Shown here piece by piece: positions 62,605 to 64,000 of a DNA stretch of 64,000 nucleotides. The DNA comes from a bacterium (lineage in GTDB: Bacteria; UBA8248). The DNA lies in assembly GCA_965219955.1 (NCBI GenBank), contig OZ244799.1, forward strand, positions 2,304,001-2,368,000, given 5' to 3'. The position numbers and the translations under genes were made by a program. Each line of letters starts with the position of its first letter. Position 1 is the stretch's first letter. The notes under the pieces were generated by a model. The model saw nothing but the letters and a program-made list of their open reading frames with translations. It was not told where the DNA came from and searched no databases.

Positions 62605-63870
62605 GGGGTTGTTGAAAAACCTCTCTCCACCTCATCCTGAGTAGGCGCGTAGGTCAAACGCAACCGATGAGGGAGCGTTTGTATCGAAGGATGGGGGGTG
62701 TATCTCTCCGGCAGGCGCGAACCTGCGCCCTTCGATACGCGGCTTCGCCGCTACTCAGGGTGAGGCGGTGGGGTTTTGGTTCGTCATTCCGGCCTTGAGC
62801 CGGAATCCATTTTCGCCTTTGCCTTCGGCCTTTCGCCCGGACGTACTCTCTCCCGACCGGGGAAGATACGGACGCCGCCATATATATCCGCCTCAGCCGT
62901 TCCGGATTCGGGCGCGGCGCTCCCTCCCGCGAGTCAGGATCAAACGAAAAAACAAAAGCAAAAATCATAAAATGGATTCCGGCTCAAGGCCGGAATGACG
63001 GTGGTTTTCCCGCATCGAGGGACTTTTTCAACAACCCCTTGAGGGGGAGTGAATTGCTTTTTCGTCGGACGGCAAAACCCTCAAGGGGGGAGTGAAACGC
63101 CCTTCTCCCCGCTAGCCCCCTGCATGAAAACCAACCCCCCGCAAAAATGGATCAACTCCCCCCTTGAGGGGGCTGTTGAAAAACCCCCGAGGAGAGAGGA
63201 ATCACTCCCCCCATGTCGGGCCTGTTGAAAAAGCCTGGTCTGCCCCTCCGCAAACCGCCAACACCTCTTTCCTCACCCTGAGTAGCCGCCGAAGAGCCTG
63301 TCCTGAGCTTGTCGAAGGGCGGCGTATCGAAGGGCGCGGAGAGTCGAACGCCTCGCGCCGGGTGAGGGGGCATCCTTCGATACGGCGCTTTCGCGCCTAC
63401 TCAGGATGAGGAGTGTCGGGGAACGGCGGAGCCTGTCCCGAGCGAAGTCGAGGGGCCGCTACTCAGGATGAGGCGAGAAGGGGTTTTTCAACAGCCCCTT
63501 GTCAGGGGGGTATAAAAAACCAGACCCCGGCGAGGGAGCGGGTTTCCGCAGGGCCGGTTCGCGAACCACCCCTACACAATAATTACGAAACGAAACGTAG
63601 GGACAACCCTCCGTGGTTGTCCTTTGTCAGGGCTTCGGACAGGCACAGAGGCCTGTCCCTACGGCATCCTTCCGGAGAGATCACAACACCCGTCATTCCG
63701 GCCTTGAGCCGGAATCCAGAGCCGATGAGGATCAAGACGACCCGGCATTTCATATTCCCACCTCTCGGGTAGAAAAAGGCGAAGAGCAAAGTCGAAAAAG
63801 CAAAGTCCCTGGATTCCGGCTCAAGGCCGGAATGACGGTCAAAGGCAAAAGGCAAAGCCCCTGGATTCCG
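62605..63870. repeat. Dense mosaic of REP-like / MITE-like repeats
   Basis: 63219-63410 duplicates 61371-61535; 63551-63665 duplicates 51980-52095; two GTCATTCCGGCCTTGAGCCGGAATCC pairs. Confidence 0.8.
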
Positions 63871-64000
63871 CCAAACCTTCATTCCCCAATCGCGTTCGAC
63901 CCCACGCACCCGCCCTGCTCGTCCCTCGCCGCACCGGCCGGCTCCGAAAAACCACCCCCGCATTTGCCCGCAGTTGGCGTCATGGCGGGGGCGGGGGCGC

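Noticed and set aside
60562-63963. Numerous short ORFs in the terminal repeat mosaic
   Set aside because: Repeat-derived (ITPPLRG, FDTPPSAATQ); only 62163-62564 looks coding

Overview
GC-rich bacterial chromosomal window, mostly housekeeping and catabolic genes. In order: a minus-strand Kdo/LPS-polysaccharide cluster (kdsA, pyrG, kdsB, a WcaJ-type priming transferase, three GT4s, a GT9, a methyltransferase); a small-acid catabolic cluster with three tandem 3-hydroxyisobutyrate-dehydrogenase-family paralogues; rhodanese-MoeB; ino1; nth; tRNA-Arg(CCG); tandem CocE/NonD hydrolases; a cobalamin uptake locus behind two B12 riboswitches; and two TbpB-like surface lipoprotein genes, the second split by one of two equal-length (1735 bp) IS1380 copies. 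The standout is a roughly 2 kb AT-rich island (17650-19700) carrying a retron-like system: promoter, about 400 nt highly structured ncRNA, 103-aa unknown protein, XRE-HTH protein, and a retron-type reverse transcriptase with an atypical WVDD active site. Its ncRNA buries a Shine-Dalgarno plus 4-codon micro-ORF in the closing stem, and a second hairpin locks the start codon of the small protein. Also notable: an unrecognised tandem pseudoknot-like RNA motif upstream of the lipoprotein genes, and many intergenic elements in which IS-like ends (GTTGAAAAA...TTTTTCAAC) enclose varying REP-like modules. All calls come from reading the sequence and recalled family motifs; no searches or folding programs were run.
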